Positions 1-12,690 of a stretch of 64,000 nucleotides of DNA are shown in pieces (within the stretch, counting starts at the first letter, position 1; every line of letters begins with the position of its first letter). The DNA is taken from contig CM119373.1 of assembly GCA_051294905.1 (NCBI GenBank), forward strand, positions 4,528,001-4,592,000. Direction: 5' to 3'. The DNA comes from Botryllus schlosseri. Lineage: Eukaryota. The notes under the pieces were generated by a model. The model did not search any database and was not told the DNA's origin. It was given only the letters and a program-made list of their open reading frames with translations. The position numbers were made by a program, and so were the translations under genes.

Positions 1-964
1 CAAAACAGCAAAATCGTCCTCCACTCCAAACGTTGGTCTTGGGCCCCCAAAGGGTAGTCAATTTTTAACTTGAAGATTTAATTTCGTCAATAACATTGTT
101 AATTGCATTATATTGCATTATTAATCCTATCTCAGACCCCGATGGTCAGACATACCTGAAGAGCAGGGGGCGCGTAATCCATAATGATAACATCTGGTAT
201 ATTGCAATAATTACTGTAGTGCATGTTGTTAATTCGTGACCTCCGGTCTGTTATATAGTCAAAAGATATTGTAGTGCCCCAAACTCAGCAGACTAAAAGA
301 AAAACTTTCGTGAGACGCACACACAAATTGTCATGTCTAATGCTCTGTGGGTGCCTGCGTGGCATTTGCATCGTGGGCTCAGATTGGAAGGACCGGACTG
401 TTAGTCACACCCACCCAGCGCGGCTATTGACAATGGACACATACCCCAAATTTCGGCCAACGTCTTTCTTTGATAGCACACTTCGTACCGTCGCATGTTG
501 GCCGAAACTGCATATGTCTTTTGGTGTGTCGGGGCGCGGTATTGACTGGCACCAAAATGCCTATTACTATGAGTTATGCATCCTTTAATTCTTGAGGGGA
601 GACGTTTGCATTTCGAAATCAAGCTATCTAGAGACATTTAAATGGCAAAGCTCAAAGAGAATTTTCAAGTTAATGAAATCTGTCGAGAATACTCTATAAT
701 TTATGTTGGTTCACGAAATACTTTTGGGTCCCCTCCGAGCACGCTCCCCACCCTATTGGGGAATTTGGGGTGCAGCAGTTATGGACCTGGCAAGAATGCA
801 AATCATTGGGTGCGATAAATCGTCCTTTATAAAATGGGCAATATGTACATTATGACGTAACAAACAAATGTCGCATCTGTTTTAAAGAAATATGTTATCT
901 CATTAGGCATTTTCAGCGCAATCCATGTATTGTCTTCCAATATAACTAATGAAGTGCAAAATAA

Positions 965-1105
965 ATGTAATCGTGAGTAATCGTGATTACTTTTCCAATG
1001 TAATCGTAATCGTAATCGACTACTTCCTGATTTTGCTGTAATCGTAATCGTAATCGTAGTCGCGTGATTCCGAAGTAATCGTAATCGCAATCGATTACAT
1101 TCATG
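965..1105. repeat. (GTAATC)n degenerate hexamer array, probably the subterminal repeat of a decayed hAT-type MITE
   Basis: Repeated gtaatc units; explains the low-complexity ORFs at 827-1182. Confidence 0.6.
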
Positions 1106-1195
1106 AAGTAATCACCCCATGTCTGCTCGAAGCATCCTCTGTTGGGGAAGATGCCCGTAAAACTGCATTCGAGCCACTGCAAAAATGCAACATAA

Positions 1196-1240
1196 CATAG
1201 TTACTCGAGCTTTCGGAGCTCTGCTCCTTCATCAGGTGAT
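1196..1240 (-). ncRNA. Minimal type I hammerhead ribozyme motif (Penelope pLTR-like), copy 1
   Basis: Minus strand reads tcac-CTGATGA-a-GGAGC-aga-GCTCC-GAAA-GCT-C-gagtaac: catalytic boxes, stem II and palindromic AGCT stem III. Confidence 0.6.
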
Positions 1241-1581
1241 AGAGCGAAAGTAACGCAAAAAGAGCAACGCAAAAAGATTTTGAATTTGAATATATACACA
1301 TTATGACATCATAGTGGGTGAGAACTTTCCAGATTCCAGAATCGTGTACTTTATGACGTCATAGGCAGACAGATGTAGTATATATTAGAAACGCATGAAG
1401 TAAGCTGTGCTCCTAAAATTGGATACGATATAAGGTGTTTGTAGTATAATACACGTACAGAAAAGTGTCAATTAAAGTATTACATGGTGTAGTGAGACAT
1501 GCACCCTCTATCTATATTCAGTCCTTGTCGGAATGTATCAAATTTGTCGATATATTTTTGTTCAGTAGCCTTGCGTAGCTT

Positions 1582-1626
1582 CATCACCTGAGGAAGGAGC
1601 AGAGCTCCGAAAGCTCGTGTAACTAT
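1582..1626 (+). ncRNA. Minimal type I hammerhead ribozyme motif (Penelope pLTR-like), copy 2, inverted relative to copy 1
   Basis: tcac-CTGAGGA-a-GGAGC-aga-GCTCC-GAAA-GCT-C-gtgtaac; cac/gtg can close stem I. Confidence 0.6.
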
Positions 1627-1869
1627 AATAAAGTTATATTCATACAAGTGGACGTTAAACAGGGTACGGAAGCAATCAAGGTCTTATGTTTATATATACC
1701 GTCTGCTATCGGCTCAACCACGTATTGTTATTAATGCTGCTCAGTGAATCTGTTGATGTTAGGTAATAAGAAAGTGGGGGTTAATTTGAAAATCATCATT
1801 TGTCGTCATGAATCGAAACAATGTTAAACATGATATATTTTTAACTTTATTTATACCCCTATCCACGTT

Positions 1870-2777
1870 GTATGCGCAAAAGTTTCACGAAATATTGGTA
1901 TACTATGGAAGGTTAACCAAATAGTTCCAAAACCTTTTCTACGCACTCTTTATTTTTCTATCATTCATTCCCACTTACAGTATGGTATTATAGTTTGGGG
2001 ATCTGCTACCAAAACCCTACTGAACCAGCTGCAGGTGATCCAGAACAAAGCTCTAAGAGCAATTGCCAGAATACCCCTCTATAGTCGACTTGATCCATAT
2101 TACAAAAAATTGCGTATCCTCAAAATTAGCGATATCTATATCTTTGAACTGGCCAAAGTGATGTATAAAATTAATCAGCTGCAAGTCCACGTCTCTCTGC
2201 AACACTATTTTCAATATTGCAGTGATGTTCATAGTCATAGCACACGGTCTGTCACGAACGCCAACTTATTCATGTCCCACTCTGACAGAGGTTTCCCTCC
2301 ATTCAAACGAGCAGGTATTGATGTATAGAACAAAGAGATTCCAGCACATTTAAAAGACTCAAATTATCGTTCATTCAAGACAGGGATGTTGGATTATCTC
2401 CTAAGTAAATACTAGTCGCACCTGAACACTATCCACTCTGAATATACAAATCTGCAACCCATATATTTGCTCCTTGTGCATATCGATACATTGGTTCTGT
2501 GTAACTGTGATATCTTCTCTTAATATTGCTGCTCCATGAATATTGCATTTTGTATGACATATTTTGTTACCCTGTTCAGTTGTCAGTTTATGACATTATT
2601 TTCTTTAGTTGTTATAGTTTGTGACGTTATTTTCTTTGACTAACCATTTACTCCGGTACCGGTTGACTCGAAGATCTTTATGATCATATCACCGGTACCA
2701 GTCAATATAGATACCGAAGCACTGCTTGTCTGTTGCATATTTATACTTTCATTTTGCCGCCATCGGTTGACGAAATG

Positions 2778-2811
<34 letters not shown>
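1870..2811 (+). mobile_element. 5'-truncated LINE (CR1/L2 group): ORF2 C-terminus, 3' UTR and (TC)n tail
   Basis: Translation LYFSIIHSHLQYGIIVWGSATKTLLNQLQVIQNKALRAI...KLRILKISDIYIFELAKVMYK is typical of the CR1/L2 ORF2 C-terminus; ends in a (tc)n run at ~2779-2811. Confidence 0.85.
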
Positions 2812-2813
<2 letters not shown>

Positions 2814-2828
2814 ATTAAGTCACTACAA

Positions 2829-3132
2829 CAGTGGTTCTCAAACTTTTTTTAAGCACGCTTCCCTTTATGATAGTGATAGATTTTGACCCCCCCCCCCCTA
2901 TCATGATATCACAAAATATTACAAAGGGCAACGAGAATGCTAGCAATCCCAACGGATGGTTGGATGGCATGTAAAGGTTATAGCTGATGATGAGAGAATT
3001 CAGGAATATCAAAGTCGGACAATACACAGAGCCATAATAAGTTTACCACAATCTTTGGGTAAATAATTCATTTAACTTCGGCTTCGCGCCCCTGTTCTGA
3101 TGATTTCAGGCCCCCCAGTTCGAGAACCACTG
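2829..3132. mobile_element. hAT (Charlie-like) MITE
   Basis: TIRs cagtggttctc / gagaaccactg; flanks cactacaa / cactgaaa. Confidence 0.75.
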
Positions 3133-3829
3133 CACTGAAACGTATATCGCATAGTACAAGGTTATTGTCGTGTTCGCTGCCTTCCGAGCAGTGTGCAGCT
3201 AAATAGCCTAATTTCGCCCTCCCTTGACCGAGTGTTTCGTGTTTCTGTCAAAAATTAAATCCTTAAATCCATAATCACGGCGACATGTTCGACAAAAACA
3301 AAAAGGACGGATTTACCCCTAACTCCAGTATACAAATATTTAGTGCTTTAACCTTCTTCTTTTTGAAGTTTGGGTGATACATATGGTGAGTCATATAGTA
3401 ATCGTCAGCACCGATTGACTTGTTTTACGAATTAGGGATTTGGAAACGCCTCATGTAACAATTTAATACAGATACCGTATAATGCGTAATGCGACAATGG
3501 CAACAAAGAAGGTTTGACCAAAACAATATGGAAAGAGTGATTCCTTGTGACTTTAAATGCTATTCATACTTTGCCACAGTGTCTTTATTTTGAAACTGGA
3601 TTATGCGTCCGAGGTACGTGGATCAGTCTTCAAAGCAAACAAATTTCCTGTTTAGGCCTACTTGATGCATCCTATCGTTTTAGTCCACGCGTCAACATTC
3701 AAAAAGAGCAGGTTTTATGTTATGAATTCTAACCAACCTTTCGCGGGCCGCACAGTATGGCTTCGAGGGCCACATTTGGCCCGCGAGCCGCACTTTGCCT
3801 AAGTCTGCCCCAAAGGGACCTGGTTGTCC

Positions 3830-4420
3830 ATCCAACAAGTCGCTGCTGAAGAGATTCGGTGTCCTAAATATAGAAGATACAAGGAAACTAGAAATCGCCA
3901 AGTTTATGTTTCAGTTCCACTGCGGTCATTGCCCCAAATATTTCAATGACTTCTTTACCTGGGAATCACAAGCGCACAAGTACGACACACGCACGTCCAC
4001 GTCATCCAAATATCATGTACGATCGACCGAAAATATCATTGCTCAATTAAATATGCTGGACCTAACGTGTGGAACAGTGTCCCGCCGGCTTTCCGACAGT
4101 CGACGAGCATGTCCACATTGGTGTCGAAATAGAAGCAATTACTACTGAACAAATAGTAGTCCGTCCTCAAGATGACCGGGCGACGACCTGACCTTTCGAT
4201 CTTGCCTTCCAAAACATGCCTTGTCGCTTGCCTTTTTCTATACTATCTTTTAATTTTCACTCAGTGTGCATGCCTCCTTTTTACATCGCCTAGGCCAAGG
4301 TGGGTATCTGATTCCTAAGACTACTCCAAGTCGTTTAGACACCTTCCTATATTTTCATTGTATCGCATTTTTTTGTGCTGTATGAATTCATAAAATTGCT
4401 AATAAACCGAGCTGAACTGA
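3830..4420 (+). mobile_element. LINE (CR1/L2 group) 3' fragment
   Basis: KSLLKRFGVLNIEDTRKLEIAKFMFQ...HKYDTR followed by a frameshifted SIKYAGPNVWNS motif. Confidence 0.75.
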
Positions 4421-4721
4421 ATGTGATTGAACATGAAACTTGTCGGACAATTCGTTTAGATAAATCGGCATTCTGCAATCACTGTGTTCATATAAAGTAC
4501 AGTGCGTTTTGACCTTATCTCTTTCCGGGTGCAGTGCATCATGAACTCAAGCTTCTGCGACTCTCGTCGACTTGATATGGTCTATTCCGGTCAAATTTAC
4601 AGTCAATTTCCATGCAATTTGCTGAACGTGAATGTATAGGCTCTACGTCTTTACAGCACTTTACTGCGACTGTTCTGTTCATGGTAATCTTCCGTATGCA
4701 AACCTTGATAACCTAGCCTAG

Positions 4722-4872
4722 AAGTTCGCGTTGGCGAATTCACATTAATAGATTCGTGTCTGCGAACGATTTCGAAGATCCTGGCGCTATCGACGAATTG
4801 TTAACACCTTTCAGACCAATACTGCAGTCGGAGCTACATCAATGGACGTTGGGTCACGCATGGAAACTGCGA
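4722..4872 (+). other. Candidate host exon, product unknown
   Basis: cctag acceptor and gtgagt donor; one open frame SSRWRIHINRFVSANDFEDPGAIDELLTPFRPILQSELHQWTLGHAWKLR. Confidence 0.35.
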
Positions 4873-5588
4873 TGTGAGTAACTTGGAGAGGTCGTATTTG
4901 ATGCAAGATTTGCTGAATATAACAGTGACTGGCGTTTGCATACCTTGAATCCATGGCAGTTATGGAATCATCAATCTGTCACCTGAACACTGGTTCCCTT
5001 CTTGAAATGCATGTCTGCAACACTCTAACCTGATTTTCTGACTTGAAATTTAGAAATAATGTCTCATCGATTACACTGCTCTACAAACAAAAGCGTACGG
5101 TCTGGATTTTGGTAATTGATCAGTGCGGGGAAGGATTTTAGCTATTTGTAATCCGATATTATGAAGGAGATGTGTCATACGAAACACTGCGGTAACCAGG
5201 CATACGGTACCGCTACTCATTGGACGACATTCAGACATAAATATTTGTGTGTGAATGTTTTTTTAACAGTGCCTACCCATTTCAATTGCTGTTGTTTCCC
5301 AACCTTGATATACATGACTGGACCTCGTCCGCTGAGTGCTGGTATCGCCCGCCAACTTACCGTAGCTATACCGCCGTAGCAACGTGGAGTGGAATGGTAC
5401 CGCTCGTGAAAATCTTTTAACGGCTTGAACACCATGACTTTCTGAAGAAAATGGCTGCTGCCAAAACCGCACTGCCCCTTCAACAACAGCGACGTCACAA
5501 TGTCCTAGTCGAAGATTGGGGTTGCGAAGGCAACATTCACTCCTACCTGGCTACGCCAATGTTCAACAATGCGATATATATTTTCCAG

Positions 5589-5667
5589 GACGAATCGTCT
5601 CTTCAAAGTATCATGAATGACTTGACCAAATTAGCAGAAAGAGAAAATGCTGGAGCTCAGCAGTCAG
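5589..5667 (+). other. Candidate host exon resembling the DESSL exon of the pentraxin gene
   Basis: ttttccag|GAC GAA TCG TCT CTT...tcag|gt; DESSLQSIMNDL versus DESSLRKLGEDL at 24425. Confidence 0.3.
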
Positions 5668-5731
5668 GTTATATTTCATTCCACTGATATTCTAGTCCGA
5701 AACGCAGGTGATATCAGTGATTCATATAGTA

Positions 5732-6581
5732 CAGTGGTTCTTAACCTCTTTTCTCCTAGCGCTTCCTTTCGAATATTTCCATGGTTTGGAGCCCCCCCCC
5801 CCATATTTTAAATACGGTTATTTTGGAGATGGCGTAGAGGTCCGAGCCCTGTCGAATTTTTATTTCGCGCTTGAATCGTTCTCTTTGACCTATAAACTGA
5901 TTAACGATCTTGTAATTTTATGATTTTTAAGATCGAATCAAGGTTCTCGTGACAAGTGTTGGGCACGGGCTCATACCTATTGGGTTTGAGCCCAATGTAC
6001 ACATCCCGATTCGGTGGCGTTATATTTTGTAGCTGTCAAAAACCGGATATTTAGATGGTCAGTCTGGTCAGAAACCTTCAAATCGTGTGTATCGTACAAA
6101 TGGCTCACACTTTCAAAAGTTGTATAGAACAACTTTTCCAGATTTCGAGATGGAGTGTACTGCAATATATTATACCTAGTTCAAAACATGTTCTAGGGAA
6201 AACTTCTAACCTAATTACTATGATCGAACTGTGTTAAGGGAGGTTTTGCTATTTAAAATTACGTGCATAAAGCGAAAAAACACATTTTAGATGAAACATA
6301 TAGCATAACCAATGCATTCGCGGAAACACTAAATATATAGTCGGTATATTCCGCCCTAGGCGCGTCGAAAATTTTGATGATTGATTAAATTTAAGGACGT
6401 AGTTTAGGACGTAGTTTGATTAAATTTGTTCGGCATGAATGAATGAATATCTCACTCATATATAGAACTATAGAACTCTGTATCCTTATAACACCTACTA
6501 CACCACCTGTACTGTTACATCATTTTTTCTGCGCCCCCATGTCGCCCCTGAGAGCGCTGGCGATATGGTTAAGAATCACTG
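5732..6581. mobile_element. hAT (Charlie-like) MITE
   Basis: TIRs cagtggttcttaacc / ggttaagaatcactg; 8-bp TSD atatagta / atatggta. Confidence 0.8.
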
Positions 6582-7286
6582 ATATGGTAGGCCTATATCC
6601 TGATGAAATATTTATATAGCTTATCCAAATCCCTATGCGCTAGCTTGTATGTGAAAGTGTATAGATATCAATTCTTGCCTCGCCCACCACTTGTCATAAC
6701 ATGAGCACTGTAGCTTTGTAGTAATGTAGGCTATCTTTTATGTAATGTTAAATCTATTATTCTTATAGTAATTTATTTTCATGTGTGTTATTCTGTGCTC
6801 GATTGCGGGTACAGCACGAACACGTGCTGGTGACGCTGAAGTCGGTGCGTTGGCTGCATGCAGTAATTTTCATGGTAAGATACAGAGGAATAATCAATAT
6901 GTGGCCGGGAAAACAATTTATTTGTGGCAAAAATTGCCACATAGTCCTGGAGAAAAGAGACAGTTGGCCTACACATATGAGGTGGACAGCAGTATAGTAA
7001 CAGTGTTTCTTGACCGTTATAGCGTGCGCACCCCCTGAGATTTCAATATTATTTCTAGCAGCCAGCACTTTATCCGGCTGCAACCAAACGCGGGACGTGA
7101 CTCCTGATAGTTTTTAAACCCAACTTCTGTTACAGACTATTTCTCACCAAACGTTGTACAACGGCTCACAAACAAACTGACTCTCTCCCTCTCGAATTGA
7201 CAGTCAAACTTCAATTTATTCACATAATTTTGCAGCAATCTATTCATTTTTTGCTATCCGGCATAGTGACTTTCTGAACAACGTAG

Positions 7287-8127
7287 CAGTGTTGGGATCA
7301 AGTCACTACCTTCGAGTCCCGAGTCATCTCGAGTCATTGCACATTTTGACTCGAGTCATGTTAAGTCACTCGTTTTTTGGAGGTGACTCGAGCCACGACG
7401 AGTCAAGTCGTAGTTCAAGTCAAATTGAATTTTCGAAGTATGGGTGATGATGCAAAGTCATTAATTGAATTCTGCTAGATGTGGGAAAGAAAGATTGATT
7501 GGTCATATCTATTAAATCAAATAACGAGTATAAAGTTAAATAAACATGCAACAGGGCGTTGTATCGCTCACGCACACGCAGAGTTGCTAATAAAATACGT
7601 GAGTCAAAATAGAGGATCGAATACTAAGCGCCGAGAAGTTGAAACAAATTCATATGGTACAATATTCACTACCCATCTACACATCCGAGAGGTTATGAAC
7701 TCATAAACTATATTCCTTCGATTCAAATCAAACAAGAGGGTTGGTTAAGGTGGGCACTGCGCGATGTAGGAGCACTGAGCCGTCTAAGAAACAGAGATAT
7801 GTTGCTACTAGATTACTCTACTGCTAGTACATTAACGTAAGCTGTGATCATTTAGTTTTTGGAGTATTTATTAGTGATGTAACAATGGAGGGTGAGGGAA
7901 AGGTGCAGTCAGTGATGAATGACTGGCTAACTAGTTGCTCTCACAAGTCACACCGGCGTATCACGAACAATCCGAACATAAACAAGTTACAGACATTTAA
8001 TCGACTCCGTTTACACGAAGACTTGAAATTGACTAGTAAATTTTGCTCTACATTTCTGAAGCGCCGAGTCAAGTCATGCGAAAAAGTTGACTCGAGTCAA
8101 GTCATGACTCGAGTCATCCCAACACTG
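7287..8127. mobile_element. Non-autonomous hAT-type element (gactcgagtc / caagt subterminal repeat family), copy 1
   Basis: TIRs cagtgttgggat / atcccaacactg; colinear with 10994-11990; TSD not recognisable. Confidence 0.8.
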
Positions 8128-8414
8128 TTATGTAATTAACCCTAGGCCCCTACGGTGGGAAACCGTTACACAAATGGCGAGGTGGGATCAAATTGACCCC
8201 ATCAGTTAATATGCTTTTTGTGTTACCAATTTCGCTATACAGCTGTCTAATAACCTCCTGCAGGACGTTATAACAAGGAATATTCCTCTTTTGAACCCTA
8301 CTGTCTACCAGTTTCAAGATACCCTCCTAAGGCGTAACACCATAACACGAATGTCGAGGTGGGGTCAAATTGACCCTATCAGTTATTATTACCACAGCCC
8401 TCAGGTATTACAAT

Positions 8415-10983
8415 TAGGGCTGGGCACAATGATTCGAGTACTCGAATCTGAATCGAGTATTTATTTTAATGATTCGAGTCGAGTAGTAAAAGACGATTTT
8501 TTCGAGTACTTGCAAGTGCGCCCCCTTGCGACAGAAAATATTTCAATTATCTATCGGCTGAATTTTTTCATTACGCAGGCGGCGATATTAAGTGTCAGCA
8601 CAGAAATCGTCCGGTATGTTATTAATATAATTTAATATCCATGTAAAGATGAGGTTATACACCTCTAAGCATTTTTTAGTACACAGTCTCTGACTGATCC
8701 GTTACGATAATGACGCAATAATTGGAATCGTGGGAATATGTTTTTGTGAGCGTGAGCCTGGTTACCGTGGCTGTAATATATATCGTTGCACAATTACAGG
8801 GAGCGTGTTTACTGTTTAGTACAGCGATGAGCAAAGCCTCGAAAAGAAAGAAAGTCAGCGGCGTGGCAGTACTTTGGTTCGCCTGTCGACGAAGGACGCG
8901 ATGGTCGGAAGGTAGCTTGTATACTTTGCAAAGAAAAGCTATCTTTCCTCGATAGCACCACCAACCTACTGAGGCACATAAAAAGCAAGCATCCTACCAT
9001 AGATTTGAACAGAAGATCGTACGAAGAACGTGAAAATCTCAGCGCTGGACCTTCTACATCCACATCAAGTTCGAAGCAGCTTAAATTGGATTTTTCTTTC
9101 ATGACCCCTTCTAGACAAGAGCATATTACTCAAAAGATTGTCAAATTTATTGTGGGTGATTTAAGGCCACTCTCTGTTATTGAGGGGGAAAATTTCCAAA
9201 ACTTGATTTCAAGCCTGGAACCTAAGTATAGTATACCATCAAGACGTACTTTTGCACGACGCATAGAAGATCTATTCATTGTCTCGAAAAGTAACCTGCA
9301 ACATTCACTTGCTACAGTAACACATCTTGCACTGACATTTGATGCATGGACCAGTATCAATATGGAGTCGTTCTTGGCTGTTACAGGACATTTCATTGAT
9401 GAAAAGTTTTCCCTGCAATCATGGTTGCTGAGCTGTAAATTACTAGATGATCGTCACACTGCCGTGAACATCTCAAGTTGGGTTGAACAGATATTAGCCG
9501 AAATCAATGTGAAGCCATCAGCAGTTACTTGTGCAGTGAGTGACAATGGCTCAAACATGAAGTCAGCAAAAGACATGTTACAAAAAAAGCATAGTTGGTG
9601 CAGTCTAGGTTGCTCAGCGCACTCAATACAACTTTGTATCACACATGCTTTGGCAATCTCCTTAATTCAACAGTGCCTTGCTGACGTTAGAAGACTTGTA
9701 GCTCATTTCAAAAGATCAGAGCTAGCAACATCATTACTAAAGCAGAAATGCGAGGAGATGAAAGTGGAGTTCAGAAAGCTTGTGATGGAAGTGGCAACCA
9801 GGTGGAACAGCACCTACTACATGTTGCGGAGATTATTTGATATGCAGTGGCCAGTAATAGCTGTATTGAATGAGCAACAATCCCAAACTAGTAAATACAT
9901 GCTGAAACAATCGGACTGGATAATGATGAAGCAACTGACTGACATATTGGAACCTTTTGCTGAAGCCACTGAGATCTTGGGTGCTGAAAGGCAAGTTTCA
10001 ATATCACTCAGAAATCCGTATATTACATCATTGAAGAAACATGTCAGGGATGCAGCATCAGAAGCTAGCGGACCAATGAAAGAGTTTTGCAAAAAACTGG
10101 GAGAGCAAATGTCTGCACGATTTCTTGAAATGCTTGTAGACGGTGACATTACTTGGAAAGCAACCGCACTTGATCCAAGATATAAAGTCAAAGGACTTGA
10201 CTCCACACAATCTGTTAAACTTCGCGGTTTGCTTGAGTGTGAACTGCTGGAGGAAGTAGTGGGCAAGGAAAAGGATACTACTGCTATTACCAAAGCTACT
10301 TCCACAACTACCAGTGGTCCAAGTCAAAGCTCTTCATTGAATAAGCTGCTTGACGCAGTTTATGATTCCAGTGAATCAAGTGACAGCTCTAGCGACACTG
10401 ATGTTAATTTAATTCATGATGAGCTTGAGAAATACTTCTGTGAAAAAAGGCTCACACAGGATCAGGATCCTCTGAACTGGTGGAAAGAGAATAAAGCCAA
10501 GTATCCAAACATTGTAAACCTAGCATTGAAATATCTGGGTGTGCCAGCTACTTCCACTCCATCAGAAAGAGTATTTTCAACAGCTGGGAATACAGCATCT
10601 GCATTAAGATCTAGCCTCACAGAGAGGCACGTGGAAGCTCTCGTCTTTCTGAAATGCAACGGTTTATACTAACTAATTGACAAGTCCATTTTTAATTGCA
10701 CGTGTATCCTACATTTTGAATGGCCTGTGTACACTGTGTGTACAGTACATGTACAAGTAACTGTACAATATTTCAAGTGCCCATATGTGGCAATGTCACT
10801 TTGACACTCAGTTTGTCATAAATTTCTTTTTGTACTAATATAAAATGTGGAAATGGGTCTGATTTCTGCTTGTTTTGAACATAGGACCGCTTTTTGAGTG
10901 ATACTCGAATACTCGACTCGACTCGAAGGTTTATGCTCGATTCAGAATCGAATCAGCTAGGTACTCGATTTTGCCTAGCCCTA
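8415..10983 (+). mobile_element. hAT (Ac/ZBED1-like) DNA transposon, full length
   Basis: TIRs tagggctgggca / tgcctagcccta, subterminal tcgag repeats, partial TSD (tacaat), internal transposase ORF. Confidence 0.9.
8827..10672 (+). CDS. hAT transposase (BED zinc finger, DDE core, hATC dimerisation domain) with one frameshift just after the ATG
   Basis: The frame upstream of ORF 9005 reads SAAWQYF...CILCKEK...NLLRHIKSKH (BED finger); core motifs TFDAWTS, VSDNGSNM, CSAH, TRWNSTY, LDPRY, PATSTPSERVFS. ATG 8827 (MSKASKRK) is in another frame. Confidence 0.9.
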
Positions 10984-10993
10984 TACAATACAA

Positions 10994-11990
10994 CAGTGTT
11001 GGGATCAAGTCACTACCTTCGAGTCACGAGTCATCTCGAGTCATTGTACATTTTGACTCGAGTCAAGTCAAGTCAATAGATTTTCGAAGGTGACTCGAGT
11101 CAAGTCAAGTCACCTGTTTTTTGGAGGTGACTCGAGTCAAGTCGAGGCAAGTCAAGTCAAGTCACGAGTCAAGTCACAATTCAAGTCAAATTGAATTTCG
11201 AAGTATGAGTGATGATTCAAAGTCATTACATTTTGCTAGGTGTGTGAAAGACAGATTAATTGGCTATTTATCTTGAGTCAAATAACCAATATAAAGTTGA
11301 ATAAACATGCAAAAAGACGTTGCATAGCCCACGCACACGTAGAACTGTTTTTAGAATACGTGAGTAGACGTACAGTTACATTTTGCAGTCAGTTGTTATC
11401 AGCCAAAATACAGGACCGAATACGAAGCCCCGAGAAGTTGAAACAAATTGATTTGGTACGATTGCCACACTATACCCATCTACATAACCCTAAGCATATA
11501 AACGCACAGACTATATTTGTTCGATTTAAATCATACAAGTGTGGTGGCAAAACTGAGCAATGCACAACGTAAGCATTGAGCCGTCTAAGAAATAGAGACA
11601 CATTGCTATTAGATTAATGTACTATATATGTACGACAACGTAAACTGTGATTGTTTCGTTTTCGGTCAATTTATTTGTTATATAGCAATGGAGGATCAGC
11701 GTAACGTACGATCAGTGAATGACTGGTTGCTTTCACAAGTGACACCGGTGTATCTTGTACAATTCGAACATACACAAGATACATTGATTTATTCGACACT
11801 GTTTACTTAATGACTTGAAATTGACTCGTAAATTTTGCTCCGAGTCACGAGTCAATGCAGATTTCTGAAGCTCCGAGTCAAGTCAAGTCAAGTCATTTTT
11901 GCAAAGTGACTCGAGTCAAGTCAAGTCACACGAATAAGTTGACTCGAGTCTGACTCGAGTCAAGTCATGACTCGAGTCATCCCAACACTG
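10994..11990. mobile_element. Non-autonomous hAT-type element, copy 2
   Basis: Same TIRs as 7287-8127; perfect 8-bp TSD caatacaa. Confidence 0.9.
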
Positions 11991-12690
11991 CAATACAACA
12001 ATACAATAGGCCTCAATACAATACGATACAATAATGCAGCAGTACAACAGTTAATTATGACAAGAAAGTAAATTGAATCAGAATATTTATCCCGTCCAAT
12101 GCATGTTTGACATGTGATACATCTTCTGCACTAAGCCTTAACATTATTCACGCATTCAATCCATCTAAAACTGACTTTCTCCGACCAGCACAGAGATCTG
12201 AAAGCTTTTCGTCATGCCTAGTTGACTCCACGTGACATAAGCAATGCGAAAGAGTGATAAACGGTCGGAATCGATCCGATTACAATGACAAGAAAAATAC
12301 TTAGTCTGCCCACTATAGTCTCGAAATCTGACCCATGCTCAATCAATAGCTCATGGCGGCGAGGTATCAGCGATAATCAGCTAATGCTTTATTCCGATTT
12401 ATTGTGTATATAACCATTTAGGATTACATGGTTGGCAAGAACAATCCGACCGCACATAAAAATATGGCCCACATATTTGTTCGCCTGGGGTCAATTTAAC
12501 CCCAACCTTAGTGGCCTAGGGTTAATGAATGATGCTTTTTCCACCAATCAATGAAATTGATATAAAGAATGCATCGTCTTCTAATGTAAACAAACAATCT
12601 AGCAGATGTACTGGATCCATCTTGATTTGATATGTTGATTTTATCATGAAAACCAAATCAGTGCGATGGGGTGTTGGCTTCGGTAGAAAT

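Larger units (their letters stand above)
8140..12521. mobile_element. piggyBac-type non-autonomous element carrying nested hAT insertions
   Basis: TTAA on both flanks (8136-8139, 12522-12525); TIRs ccctaggcccctacggtggg / cccaaccttagtggcctaggg; subterminal ggggtcaaattgacccc palindromes near both ends. Confidence 0.75.

Noticed and set aside
827..1182. ORFs with RLRL/TITI/DYDY repeats
   Set aside because: Translations of the (GTAATC)n array.
1374..1498. Possible tiny solo LTR (tgtagta...tattaca) followed by tggtg
   Set aside because: No second LTR, TSD or convincing tRNA match.
6763..7083. Cluster of overlapping 60-106 aa ORFs
   Set aside because: No recognisable motif or supported splice structure.
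9130..10659. Antisense ORFs within the hAT transposase
   Set aside because: Shadows of the sense coding frame.
11030..11190. Regular gactcgagtcaagtc repeats resembling a CRISPR array
   Set aside because: Eukaryotic context, no unique spacers or cas genes; these are MITE subterminal repeats.
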